DNA of 64,000 nt from a virus (lineage: Duplodnaviria; Caudoviricetes). Positions 39,419 to 49,500 of the stretch are shown here, piece after piece; within the stretch, counting starts at the first letter, position 1, and each line of letters starts with the position of its first letter. The stretch spans positions 51,415-115,414 of the IMG/VR virus record IMGVR_UViG_3300004241_000001. The stretch is one strand, 5' to 3'. Under the pieces are notes generated by a model. The model saw only the letters and a program-made list of their open reading frames with translations, was not told the origin of the DNA and made no database searches. The translations under genes were made by a program, and so were the position numbers.

Positions 39419-41872
39419 CTATTTATTTTCTTTTATCCACTTTAGCATTGATTCAGTTCGTTTAAACCTCGACATTACCATTCTACCATTTACCTTTATC
39501 ATTGCCGGCAATTCATCGATATCATAATACCTTGCCAACGCCTCACCTTTTGGCTCTGACGTATCAACTACTTCATATTTGATGTCAATATTTTTAAGCC
39601 TTTCTTTTGTTTCTTCGCATTTCTGACATCCAGGCTTCGAGAAGAAATATATTTTTGTTTTTTCGGGATAGTAAGTTTTATTTTCTCCGTTCGGATCATA
39701 AACTGAAATAGCTTCTACTTTTTTTCTATCCCTGAGTTCTGCGATTTTGCCTTTTGTCCATCCAGAAATCTTTGAAAAATATCCGGTTATGCGAGTAATC
39801 ATATAGGTATTCTTTGAACCGCAATTTGGACATTCATCTCTAAAACCTCTGTGTGTTGTATGACAGTCTTCGCAAGTTGTAAAATCAGGGCTAAACGCTA
39901 TTTGAGAAGCCTTTGTTGATTTTAAAGTTTCCAATGTTAACTCTTTAATCGCTCTCCAATCAGGAAGTTTTTCTCCGAGCCATACATGGATTATTGAGCC
40001 GGCTTCAACCATAGGAGAGAATTTTGATTGCTTAACTATACGTTCAAATATATCGATATCAGCATCATAAGGGATATGAACGCTGTTAGTATAATACCTA
40101 AACGACTCGTCTTTTAAATTGCCGCGAACATATTGTTTTGCTTGTTCTGGATAATATTTAAGGTCAAGTGTGGCTAATCTTTGAGAGCATCCTTCTGCCG
40201 GTGTTTCTTCAAGAATACAATATAAACCATATTTCTCTGATTCTTCTTTCATTACCTTTTTCATAAACGAAATTATTTCAAGTCCTTTTAGAAAAGATTC
40301 TTCGCTTTCATGTAATTGAAATCCTGTAAGACATTGGATCATTTCGTTTAGTCCGACCATTCCAAGTAGGAACTTTGCTTCTTCTCTACGAAGGTATGGT
40401 TTTCCATCAAGACCAGAGTTTAAGAATTTTGTAAAATTATTTTCATCGAGACGTTTACAAAAGTAATCATATTTTTCTTTATGGGCTTTCATTGCAACAC
40501 AAATCACTTCTTTTAAATTATCAAATACTTCTGTTTCATTTTTTGATTTATAAGCAACCCTTGGAAGATTTATTGTTACGTTTTGCCATGCAGAAAATCT
40601 TGTTTCTTCTGGATGTTCCATAGTTCTTTTTATTTCCTCTTCGCTTAACTTTATACTGAGCCGACAGCATTGTGAGATTTGGGCTGCCCCACGATCAAAC
40701 AATATATAAACCGAACCTCTTTTTGCATTTATTTGACAAGCATAATCAAATAAAGCGTCATTTGAATAATCTTTGCTATCGCTTAGATGAAGAAGTATTT
40801 TAGGGAAATTAAAGTTTGCTCCATTTCTATCGCCCTCGTCAAGAACTTGAAGTACAGCAAATAGAAACGATCTTGCTTCTTTTTCGTAATCTTTATATGT
40901 AACTCCATCGATATATTTACCGCCAGGGCCAACAACAGGAGTATTTCTATAATGATCAGGAATTTCGAGATACATATTGAAATCAGAGAATACCAATTGG
41001 CCCCCTCTGGAACTTGAAAGTTGCGAGAAACTAAATATCATATGTTGGGCCATTTGTTTTATTTGTTCATTAGAAGATCCTTCAAAGAATGGAGCCATGA
41101 ATATGTTTACTGCGTCATAGCCAATAGCCCCACTGAATACGCCCTGTAAGTAGTTGGCAAAGCAAGACATATGACTTATTAAAGATAAAGCATGTTTTGC
41201 TGGTGAAGACTCCACTTGCATTCCTGGAAATTTTATTCCATTCTTTTTAATATATTCGATTGAATTACCGCTACAATAAGGTCTGACGCCAGTAAAATCG
41301 CTGTCATGTATGTGAATATCCCCTATTTTATGTGCTTTTGAAATATTAGAAGAGTGTAATGTTCTTAAAGCATATGATTTTAATATATTCCCTGCAAGAG
41401 TTAAGTTTATGCTTTCAGGAGAAAATCCCGTATTGCTATTTTCTTTATTGTGATCGGTAAGAACTGATTCGATGGTATCTAACGAAGTTATTATATTATA
41501 ATACTGTTCAAGCTGTTTATTGTATCCTTTTTCAAACAAAATATTATTTACGATTTCTCTTATAAAACCAGAACTTACTGTTTTTTGACCACTGCTCATA
41601 AGTCTTAGTTCAACTATTTTTGCTATTTCAAATGACTCTTCTTCGGTTAAATCACAATGAAGCATAAGAGAATTTATAATTCTCTTCCGGTCGAAGTCAT
41701 AGAAATCATTGTCGGTATTTGATTCAACTTGCATCTGGAAAGCGGTTGAATTTTTAATAGATCTTCTTTTCTTTCTGACCTTTGGTATTATTGTATTTCC
41801 TTGAAATAAAATATCCTCTGTGTGGTTTTTAACGTCTGTCATTGGTTGCATTTGTGGATTAACATCTTCCAT
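39419..41872 (-). CDS. nrdD: Class III ribonucleotide reductase with ATP cone and C-terminal glutaredoxin-like domain
   Basis: HIHD, PYC, QCCRL, ETPAE, YYTNS, CEDC/CPNC, RITGYF; tail FSKPGCQKC..IDELP. Confidence 0.93.
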   Translation of the reverse strand: MEDVNPQMQPMTDVKNHTEDILFQGNTIIPKVRKKRRSIKNSTAFQMQVESNTDNDFYDFDRKRIINSLMLHCDLTEEESFEIAKIVELRLMSSGQKTVSSGFIREIVNNILFEKGYNKQLEQYYNIITSLDTIESVLTDHNKENSNTGFSPESINLTLAGNILKSYALRTLHSSNISKAHKIGDIHIHDSDFTGVRPYCSGNSIEYIKKNGIKFPGMQVESSPAKHALSLISHMSCFANYLQGVFSGAIGYDAVNIFMAPFFEGSSNEQIKQMAQHMIFSFSQLSSSRGGQLVFSDFNMYLEIPDHYRNTPVVGPGGKYIDGVTYKDYEKEARSFLFAVLQVLDEGDRNGANFNFPKILLHLSDSKDYSNDALFDYACQINAKRGSVYILFDRGAAQISQCCRLSIKLSEEEIKRTMEHPEETRFSAWQNVTINLPRVAYKSKNETEVFDNLKEVICVAMKAHKEKYDYFCKRLDENNFTKFLNSGLDGKPYLRREEAKFLLGMVGLNEMIQCLTGFQLHESEESFLKGLEIISFMKKVMKEESEKYGLYCILEETPAEGCSQRLATLDLKYYPEQAKQYVRGNLKDESFRYYTNSVHIPYDADIDIFERIVKQSKFSPMVEAGSIIHVWLGEKLPDWRAIKELTLETLKSTKASQIAFSPDFTTCEDCHTTHRGFRDECPNCGSKNTYMITRITGYFSKISGWTKGKIAELRDRKKVEAISVYDPNGENKTYYPEKTKIYFFSKPGCQKCEETKERLKNIDIKYEVVDTSEPKGEALARYYDIDELPAMIKVNGRMVMSRFKRTESMLKWIKENK

Positions 41873-41887
41873 AAAATCATTCCTTTC

Positions 41888-43537
41888 TTATAATGAAAAA
41901 ACCGCACAATCCTCTCGATTAATTCTATCTTTAAGTTTTGTTCCTGCGATTATTGAAATAACTTCCTCTTTGGCAAGAGTATCGCATAGGAGTTTTAGAT
42001 TAGAATCGTCAAGACAGTCTGCGCGGTCAACGATGATGAAATTATACTTGCTTACCTTTGCAATAGCAAACTGGATTGAAATAGAAGATATTAATTTTTC
42101 TGCTTCTGATAGCATTTTGCTCGTCTTATCATTGATTTTCAAGCTGAATTTTGGTTCGGTTAAAACATCAAATTTTACACCAAAGTTTGAAGAAAATTTA
42201 TTTATATCATCGATAAAAGATTGAGCGCCAGATTTAACTATTTTTGATTTAATTCCATCTTTACCGAAGATGCTTACGAGTCTTTCAAGTTGTTCTTTTC
42301 TTTTTAAAGATTTTTCTCTTGAGTTAAGTTGAAATTCAAGTTGAGAGTTTAAGTTTGCTATATCTCTTGAAACTATTTTGAGATTATTTAATTTGAATAC
42401 CTCTGATATAATCGATTCATTTCTTCTGTCTATATCTGAGTTAAATATCTCAATCTCTTTATTTTCAATTTCTATCGATTTTATTTCAGACTCTAATTTA
42501 TCTCTTAGTTCTCTTATTTTTATATCTTTTTCTAAGCCGGCATCTTGTTCTGCCTTCTGTTTTTGTTCAAATAGTTGTTTTCCTCTTACCCTTAAAGAAT
42601 TATTTTCAGCAACCAATGAATCAATATACTTCTTTATCTCCTCTGCTGATTGACATTGGATTGACGAAACAAAAGGGCATGAGCCAGAAAATTCTTTTGC
42701 TTGGTCAATTTTTACTTTATTTTCTAATCCTTTTTTATTAATATCTTCAAGCTCTTTTTTAAGTTCCTCTGGAAATTTAGATATGACAGAAGAGTTCTTT
42801 ATAATTGATAACTGATTTTCCATCTCTCTTGCAGAATTATATCCTTTTAGTTCTTTATATTTTTCTTTCTTGCTATTAAGTTCTAATATTTTGTTTTCAA
42901 TATCAGTTGGAACCTCTGGAAGTTCTGATAGTTTCGTTGTTATCTGCTTTATATTGTCATCAGCGGTATTTATATATCTTGTGCAATTAGTTCTTTCTGC
43001 GTAAAATTTATCATATAAGACTTGAATATCTTTTGTTGATATTTGACTTGGAACATCTGCCTTTATATCATCTTGTATTTCGATATAATCTGCCGGGTTA
43101 AATGACGAATTGCTTAAGTAATCAACAAGTATTTCATATTGCTGTTCTGGCGAAAGGTTAAAGAAATTATATCCATTGCAAAGAAAATTTATTACAGCTG
43201 ATTTAATGCCAAGTTCTTCAATTGGATCTTTCTTTTTTCTTGTATCAATTTTTATTACTCCATTTGGGGTTATAAGATTGCTTGGATTGGCACTTCTTGA
43301 AAGTATTTCAAAGTTGTGGAAGTTTGATAAAGTTGCAGTTGGAGTTTTGTTCGTTCCATTAGGAATAAAATCGCTTATATCTTTATCCTGTGCCTTTCCT
43401 GATAGGATAAATTCTATTGCCGTCCGAATAGTCGTTTTACCTTTTGCATTTGTGTAAGAGGTCACTATATTGAGTCCTGGTTTAAAATCCATTTCCTTTT
43501 CTGAGAACATTCCAAAATCTTTTAATTTTAATTTCAT
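41888..43537 (-). CDS. SbcC/Rad50-like ATPase
   Basis: NAKGKTT, long coiled coil with central CPF..C, LSEAEK, IVDRAD. Confidence 0.75.
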   Translation of the reverse strand: MKLKLKDFGMFSEKEMDFKPGLNIVTSYTNAKGKTTIRTAIEFILSGKAQDKDISDFIPNGTNKTPTATLSNFHNFEILSRSANPSNLITPNGVIKIDTRKKKDPIEELGIKSAVINFLCNGYNFFNLSPEQQYEILVDYLSNSSFNPADYIEIQDDIKADVPSQISTKDIQVLYDKFYAERTNCTRYINTADDNIKQITTKLSELPEVPTDIENKILELNSKKEKYKELKGYNSAREMENQLSIIKNSSVISKFPEELKKELEDINKKGLENKVKIDQAKEFSGSCPFVSSIQCQSAEEIKKYIDSLVAENNSLRVRGKQLFEQKQKAEQDAGLEKDIKIRELRDKLESEIKSIEIENKEIEIFNSDIDRRNESIISEVFKLNNLKIVSRDIANLNSQLEFQLNSREKSLKRKEQLERLVSIFGKDGIKSKIVKSGAQSFIDDINKFSSNFGVKFDVLTEPKFSLKINDKTSKMLSEAEKLISSISIQFAIAKVSKYNFIIVDRADCLDDSNLKLLCDTLAKEEVISIIAGTKLKDRINREDCAVFSL

Positions 43538-44417
43538 ATTATTTATCTCCTTTATTTTGTTCATAATCTTTTCTTTTTTTATCTATAAAATCATAGAAAC
43601 TGTCGTTTATTTCCTCAATTTTTTGTTCATAATCAAATACTTTTTCTTCTCTTTCTCTAACTCTTTTTTTAGTCTCTTCGTCTGCTTTAAACTCTATTAA
43701 TAAATCTGGATCAATTAATTCTCCATCTTCATCATAATACCTTCCTATGCCAACGTATTTTAAATCCATTATTTTATAATTAAATTTATAGCCATATTCG
43801 TCATATACTAAATACTTCTCGATTTTAGCATTTTCTATTTTTTCTTCTAGTGATTTGTTTAGGTATTTTTCAAATACTTTACCAATTATACAGCCATCAT
43901 TAGTTAAAGTTCCATCAGAATTATAAATAGAAATCTTTTCGCCTTGTTTGCATAAAATATATTTTCTATTATCTATGTCAATAATTTTTAAATTCATAAT
44001 TCACCTACTTTAAATTTTGAACGTCTATTAAATTTCTTTCAATCTTTGCAACACTTATTAATTCTTCAATAAATTGATCCTTTGTAATTAATCCTAAACA
44101 CATTTGTTCAATGTTTTCTTCGACATATTCAACAACTTTCCAATTATGAACATGCTCAGGGCCAGCCCATTCTAATAACTCTTGCTCACTTGTTTCATCT
44201 ATAAAATCATCTATCGCTTCAAAAACCTGGTCTGGATCAACTGATATATTAATTTCAAATTTCTTCTTGCAATGTAGACAAGTTATTTCTTCTTCATAGT
44301 CTATATCTGGAATCCCTCTCATATTATTTCTAAATGTTCTTTTCATATGTCCTCCAAAAATAAAGGCCCGATATTTCTATCGAGCCTCTGTTAAATTATT
44401 ATTTCGTTATTTTAAAA

Positions 44418-44696
44418 TTATTTTTTGTTTACTGACTCTTTAAATTCTTTTCCGGCTGTGAATTTCGGAACGCGTTTTGCCTTAATTTTGATTTCTTTAC
44501 CTGTCTGAGGATTACGACCAACGCGCGCTGCTTTCTGTTTTGCTTCCCATGAGCCGAAACCCATTAAAGAAACTTTTTCGCCAGCTTTTACTGCGTTTTT
44601 TACGACGTCTACGAATGCATCGATAATTTCTGCGCCTTTAACTTTTGTTACTTCTAATTTGTCAGCAAGTTTTGCTGAAAGTTCTGCTTTGTTCAT
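44418..44696 (-). CDS. hup: HU histone-like DNA-binding protein
   Basis: MNKAEL, GFGSW, ARVGRNPQTG, PKFTAGK. Confidence 0.95.
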   Translation of the reverse strand: MNKAELSAKLADKLEVTKVKGAEIIDAFVDVVKNAVKAGEKVSLMGFGSWEAKQKAARVGRNPQTGKEIKIKAKRVPKFTAGKEFKESVNKK

Positions 44697-45204
44697 TTTT
44701 TGTCTCCTTTAAATTTTTGGAATATAGGACTTAAACTTTATTTTTGCTCAATCACTCTTTACGATTAAGCGACTGGAATTAAATCAAAAAGTTTTGAGCC
44801 TTTTGCGATTTTAAATGAAAGTGATGAAGCAACTGAAGTCATTCTCAATTTAACGATATTACCATTATCGAAGTCAATTATTTCTTTATGGTCGATGCCA
44901 ACTGACTCAAATAATGGGCTTGCTGATATAATGAATACTGATTCTTTTACGTCTTTTGGTTTATCAATTGAAACGCTTGTTATTTTGTCTTTATCACAAA
45001 ATATATCTTCTTTTGCTTCAACTGGATATTTCATTTTCTTTAATGGTTCTGCTGCATACTTTTTAATTTCTTCAATTTTAGATTCTTTTACTTCATTCTT
45101 TTCTGCTATCTTTTCGTTTTCAGAAAAATCATTTTTAAACGAATCTTTCTGATAGTCTTTTTTTACTGCCATTTCTAAGCACCTCTTCTTATTGATTTCA
45201 TTGG

Positions 45205-45233
45205 ATTGTATCATATTGATGTTATTTTGTCAA
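45205..45233 (-). promoter_or_regulatory. sigma70 promoter
   Basis: TTGACA-17-TACAAT with TG. Confidence 0.75.
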
Positions 45234-45237
45234 TGGT

Positions 45238-46293
45238 TTAGAAGCCTAATCCTTCAAAAAAATCATCATCCTGTTTTTTGACTTCTTTTTGCTGTTCTTC
45301 TGTAGCTAAAACTGCTTCTACAATTACCTCTTTGCTCTCTTTAGGTTCTTCTTTTATTTCATTGTTAGAAATATATGAGGAAAATTCGTCAAATGGCATG
45401 TCATTCTCAATACAACGGTCTTTATGATTGCACATATTGCATGTCATTTCTGAGTTGCAGAATGACAAAGCCTTTGAAGAAATTACATTACATCCAGCAT
45501 TTAAAAACGTCAACGCTCTTACGGTATTTACAGCCTTAACGGTTTTCTCATATACCTTTATCGATGGATCTTTCGTTTTTGTTATTACATCGTATCTTAC
45601 AGTATTTGAGTATGGAATATTTAATTCATCAAAAAGCATTCCAAGTGCATAAGCATATATTGGCAATTGCTGATTAATTTTTATCTTTGTTTCGGAATAA
45701 GATTTACCTGCGGTCTTATGGTCAATGACAACAATTTTTCCATCTTTATCTTTCGCTACTAAGTCAACTTTTACATAGATGTAAAAGTCATCACGATACG
45801 AACCGTCGATAAGTTGTATTGGACATTCAACTGCTATTTCTATTGCCGGGATATCTTTGCCTTGATCGTCTTTAAAAGATATTGGCATAAGCTTATGCTC
45901 TTTATAATGTTTTATTAAAACTGGAATATAACTTTTGATATCGCTTTTTGCTTTTATTGTAATCGCATCGGCGAGTCCTTTATTCTCAAAATATTCAGGA
46001 AAAACTTTATCAAGGGCATCATTTGCAATAGTTAAAAGTTTATCATATTCATAATTAAACGATTCACCTTTTGTATTAAAAGCTTCAAGATACAAGACTT
46101 CATTAATATAATGATAAACGCTTCCTTGTGCTAAGTTTTCAGAAAAATCTTCTGGATATTTTTTGATATATCTTAAATACCATGCCATTCCACAAGAGAA
46201 CGCTTTATCGATTTGGCTATAACTTGCCTTTCTCATTTTATCTCGATTTGATATCCATAAATCTTTCTTCGGTCGGAAAATATAATTTTCCAT
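45238..46293 (-). CDS. PD-(D/E)xK RecB/Cas4-like exonuclease
   Basis: SYSQI..C, GS.YH, KVDLV, IDHKT, QL.IY, CNMC...RC. Confidence 0.85.
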   Translation of the reverse strand: MENYIFRPKKDLWISNRDKMRKASYSQIDKAFSCGMAWYLRYIKKYPEDFSENLAQGSVYHYINEVLYLEAFNTKGESFNYEYDKLLTIANDALDKVFPEYFENKGLADAITIKAKSDIKSYIPVLIKHYKEHKLMPISFKDDQGKDIPAIEIAVECPIQLIDGSYRDDFYIYVKVDLVAKDKDGKIVVIDHKTAGKSYSETKIKINQQLPIYAYALGMLFDELNIPYSNTVRYDVITKTKDPSIKVYEKTVKAVNTVRALTFLNAGCNVISSKALSFCNSEMTCNMCNHKDRCIENDMPFDEFSSYISNNEIKEEPKESKEVIVEAVLATEEQQKEVKKQDDDFFEGLGF

Positions 46294-46531
46294 ATTAAGC
46301 CTCTGTTTCGTCAGAATCTTCTGACTTTTTCTTTTTTGTTTTAAGGAATCTTTCGTATGAGCCTTTAACAAGATTCTCAACTTCTAATGAAAAATCTGTA
46401 ATATCGAACTCGCTCATAAGTCCTTTAAAATCCTCTTTGTCCGAATATGATTTATTTGAGTCGGGTTTGTCTGAAATTTTTACTGTTACTGTAAATTGCA
46501 TAATATCGTCTCCTTTAATTTAATATATACT

Positions 46532-46560
46532 ATTTTATCTTAGAATTATTGTTTTGTCAA
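46532..46560 (-). promoter_or_regulatory. sigma70 promoter carrying the shared 15-bp motif
   Basis: TTGACA-17-TAAAAT; TATATACTATTTTAT at 46524-46538. Confidence 0.75.
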
Positions 46561-49500
46561 CTATTTTGTTTTAACCATCGATTATACGCAGTTTCTAAAG
46601 TTTCCGCACACATCGCCTCTCGATACTTAACGATATGGGAGTTTTCAAGAACAAACTGTTTTATCTTAACATGGACTACACATTTATTGCCTTTTTTTAT
46701 TAAATCTTGATTTGCGTCAATAACTTTGTAATCACATGAAACAGATAATCCATCGTCTCCATCGATGATAACTTTGAACTTTGCTCTTTCGCTGAATTCT
46801 TTTTTAGTTTTCTGTATCTCAGAGATACGACCGTAGAGGCATCCGATTTCATTTTCCTCATACTTATCCATATCTTTTGTTTTCCTTATCGTGGCGGTCA
46901 AAAGAAATGGCATATATTTGAATTTTTCATCGGAGAAACTATATCCAAGTAATTCAGTTTCAATTGCAACTTTTTCTTTATATGGAATATCCTCAAGAGT
47001 TACTTTTAAAAGTTCTTTCTCTGGTTCTTGTTTTATTTTTGGATATGAGGGTTGTTTTGGTGCTACTGGCTTACGTTTTTTACCATCAGGATTTTCTTGC
47101 ATATACTTATTATATTCTGTAATTTTGACTTGATACAATTCCATATCCTGTTTGTATTTGCCCATTTTAGTCTCATATTCTTTTAGCTTTATTGCATCTT
47201 TCTCCTTTCTGGTTTCATATTGTTCTCTTTGGCTCATCCAATCTCGATATCTTTGAATATTAGCAATTTTCTCATTTCTATTGCTTTCTCCAAATCCATC
47301 CATAAAACCACAGTTTACTAATGCTTCATACTTATTTTTATTTAATTCTCTCAGCAGTGCTTCATTAATACCAAAATTCTTTATAGTATTGTAATCTGCC
47401 TCAGAGACTCCTTTTATGCTTGAAAGACCGGCATGAATAACATCATTATTATCAATTTCAAAGTCATAACAAACGTGCTTCCATGATGGAGGTTCAAACT
47501 TTAATCCCATTCTTATCGTTTCAAGTATATAAGGGGTAAGTTCATCTCTTTTACCATTGTTATTATGATTAAGAACGCTACACATAAATTCTATTGGATA
47601 ATGTGCCTTTAGCCACGCCGTAGCATAAGAAGTAACGCTATACGCAACAGCATGAGACTTGTTAAAAGTATAAGAACATGAAGCAAAATATTCGTTCCAT
47701 ACGTCATTAGCTTTTGTGGCTGCCGATTCTTCTGACATTTTATCCGAATGTTGTTTAATATACCCATTTACAAATTTCAACCTCATTTCTTCTAATTTGT
47801 CGATTTTCTTTTTAGCAATAATCTTTCTTAAATTATCTGCCTCCTTTAAAGAAAACCCACACAGAACTCTTGATAAGGCCATCTGTTGCTCTTGATATGC
47901 AACGACATAGTTTGTGTCCTTTAAAACCTTTAGAGCGTCAATGTCAGGAGCTACAATATGGCTTTCATCCTTGCCTCTATTTTGTTGGTATACTTCAAGG
48001 AATTCTTTTGCCCCAGGCCGAGCTAAAGCGGTTAAGGCACATATATCTGCAAAGTCTTTTGGTTTAAATTTAAAAGCCCATCTTTGAAGTTCTTTGCCAT
48101 AATCGAATTGAAATACTCCGGTTGTATCTCCTCTCTGAAATATTTTTAAAGCTGATTCGTCATCGAGCGGTAGGTTCTTCCAATCGATATCAATTCCTTT
48201 TCTTTTTTTGATTAATTTCAAGCAGTCATCTATTACGTCAAGAACTTCGACTCCAAGTAAATCAATCTTTAAGAATCCACAACTATCAAGCATTGCCATA
48301 TCCCACATAGCAGTTTGCATATCTTTATTCTTTTCTCTTATCATTACTGGGCATAGATCGGTAAGTGGTTTTGCTGTTATAACTATACCAGAAGCATGAA
48401 CTGACATGTTAGCAACGCCGCCAACAATTGACATACAATCTCTTATTATTTTATCTTTATATGGACTTTTATTGATTATTTCTTGAACATTTGGATGTTT
48501 TATTAACTCATTTATGAGAGCAGCATCACGACTAAGATTTCTGTCTTTTGCTTCGTTCTCGTCATAGTTTAAAGCATTAATACCAGCGATTGCCTTATTT
48601 AATTCATCAAATTCAAAGCCATAAAACTTCATAATATATTTAAAAGTATTTTTTGGAGAGAAGTATGTATAATTACAAATATGCCCTGTATTCTTTTCTC
48701 CATATTTTTGTTTTAAATATTCGATAACTTTATGGCGATCTTTTTGAGATAAATCAATATCAACATCTGGCATAGAACCTTTTCTGCCAGCATTATAAAA
48801 CCTTTCCCATAACAATCCATACTGTAAAGGGTCAACGCTATGAATTCCCACTAAATATGCTACTAACGAACCTGAGGCAGAATTATGAACTATCCCAAAA
48901 TCTGTAAGATAACTATGCTCTTCCTCAACCTCTAAGTCATATACTTTTTTAATTCCAGAAATTATTTCTATTTCTTTTACTTGAAAGAAGTATGATCTTG
49001 ACATACAAGGAGCATAAACCCAATCTCCGACTTTTACTTTTTTTGCCTCTACCCACTCGAATTTAGGAGTATCACCCATAGGCTTACCATATTGAATTGC
49101 TATCTTATGGTCGAATGTAAACTCTCCATGTCTAATTATTTTGTGTTGACCTTCCAATGTAAATCTTATAAGCCTTTCATTTACTGGATATTCGAAAGTT
49201 CTTAAGACTTTCCTGAATTTGCCTGTTTCAGTAACTACTGTATCTCCGACTTTTACATTGGCAATGCTTACGAATGAATTCTGACAAAAACATCCAATTA
49301 AAGAGATGGGAACAATATCTCTATCCATTACTCTATCCCAAACAAATACTCTTGTATTTCCACTTAAGCAGCCCCTTCCTGGGCCAGTAGGCACTTTTGA
49401 AATATTACAAAAGTTTAATATATCCCAAACCATAAGAAGATAATCTACTATTTCTGCTTCTTTTATTTCAGATAGCTCATGCCTTATTCTTTCGATATAT

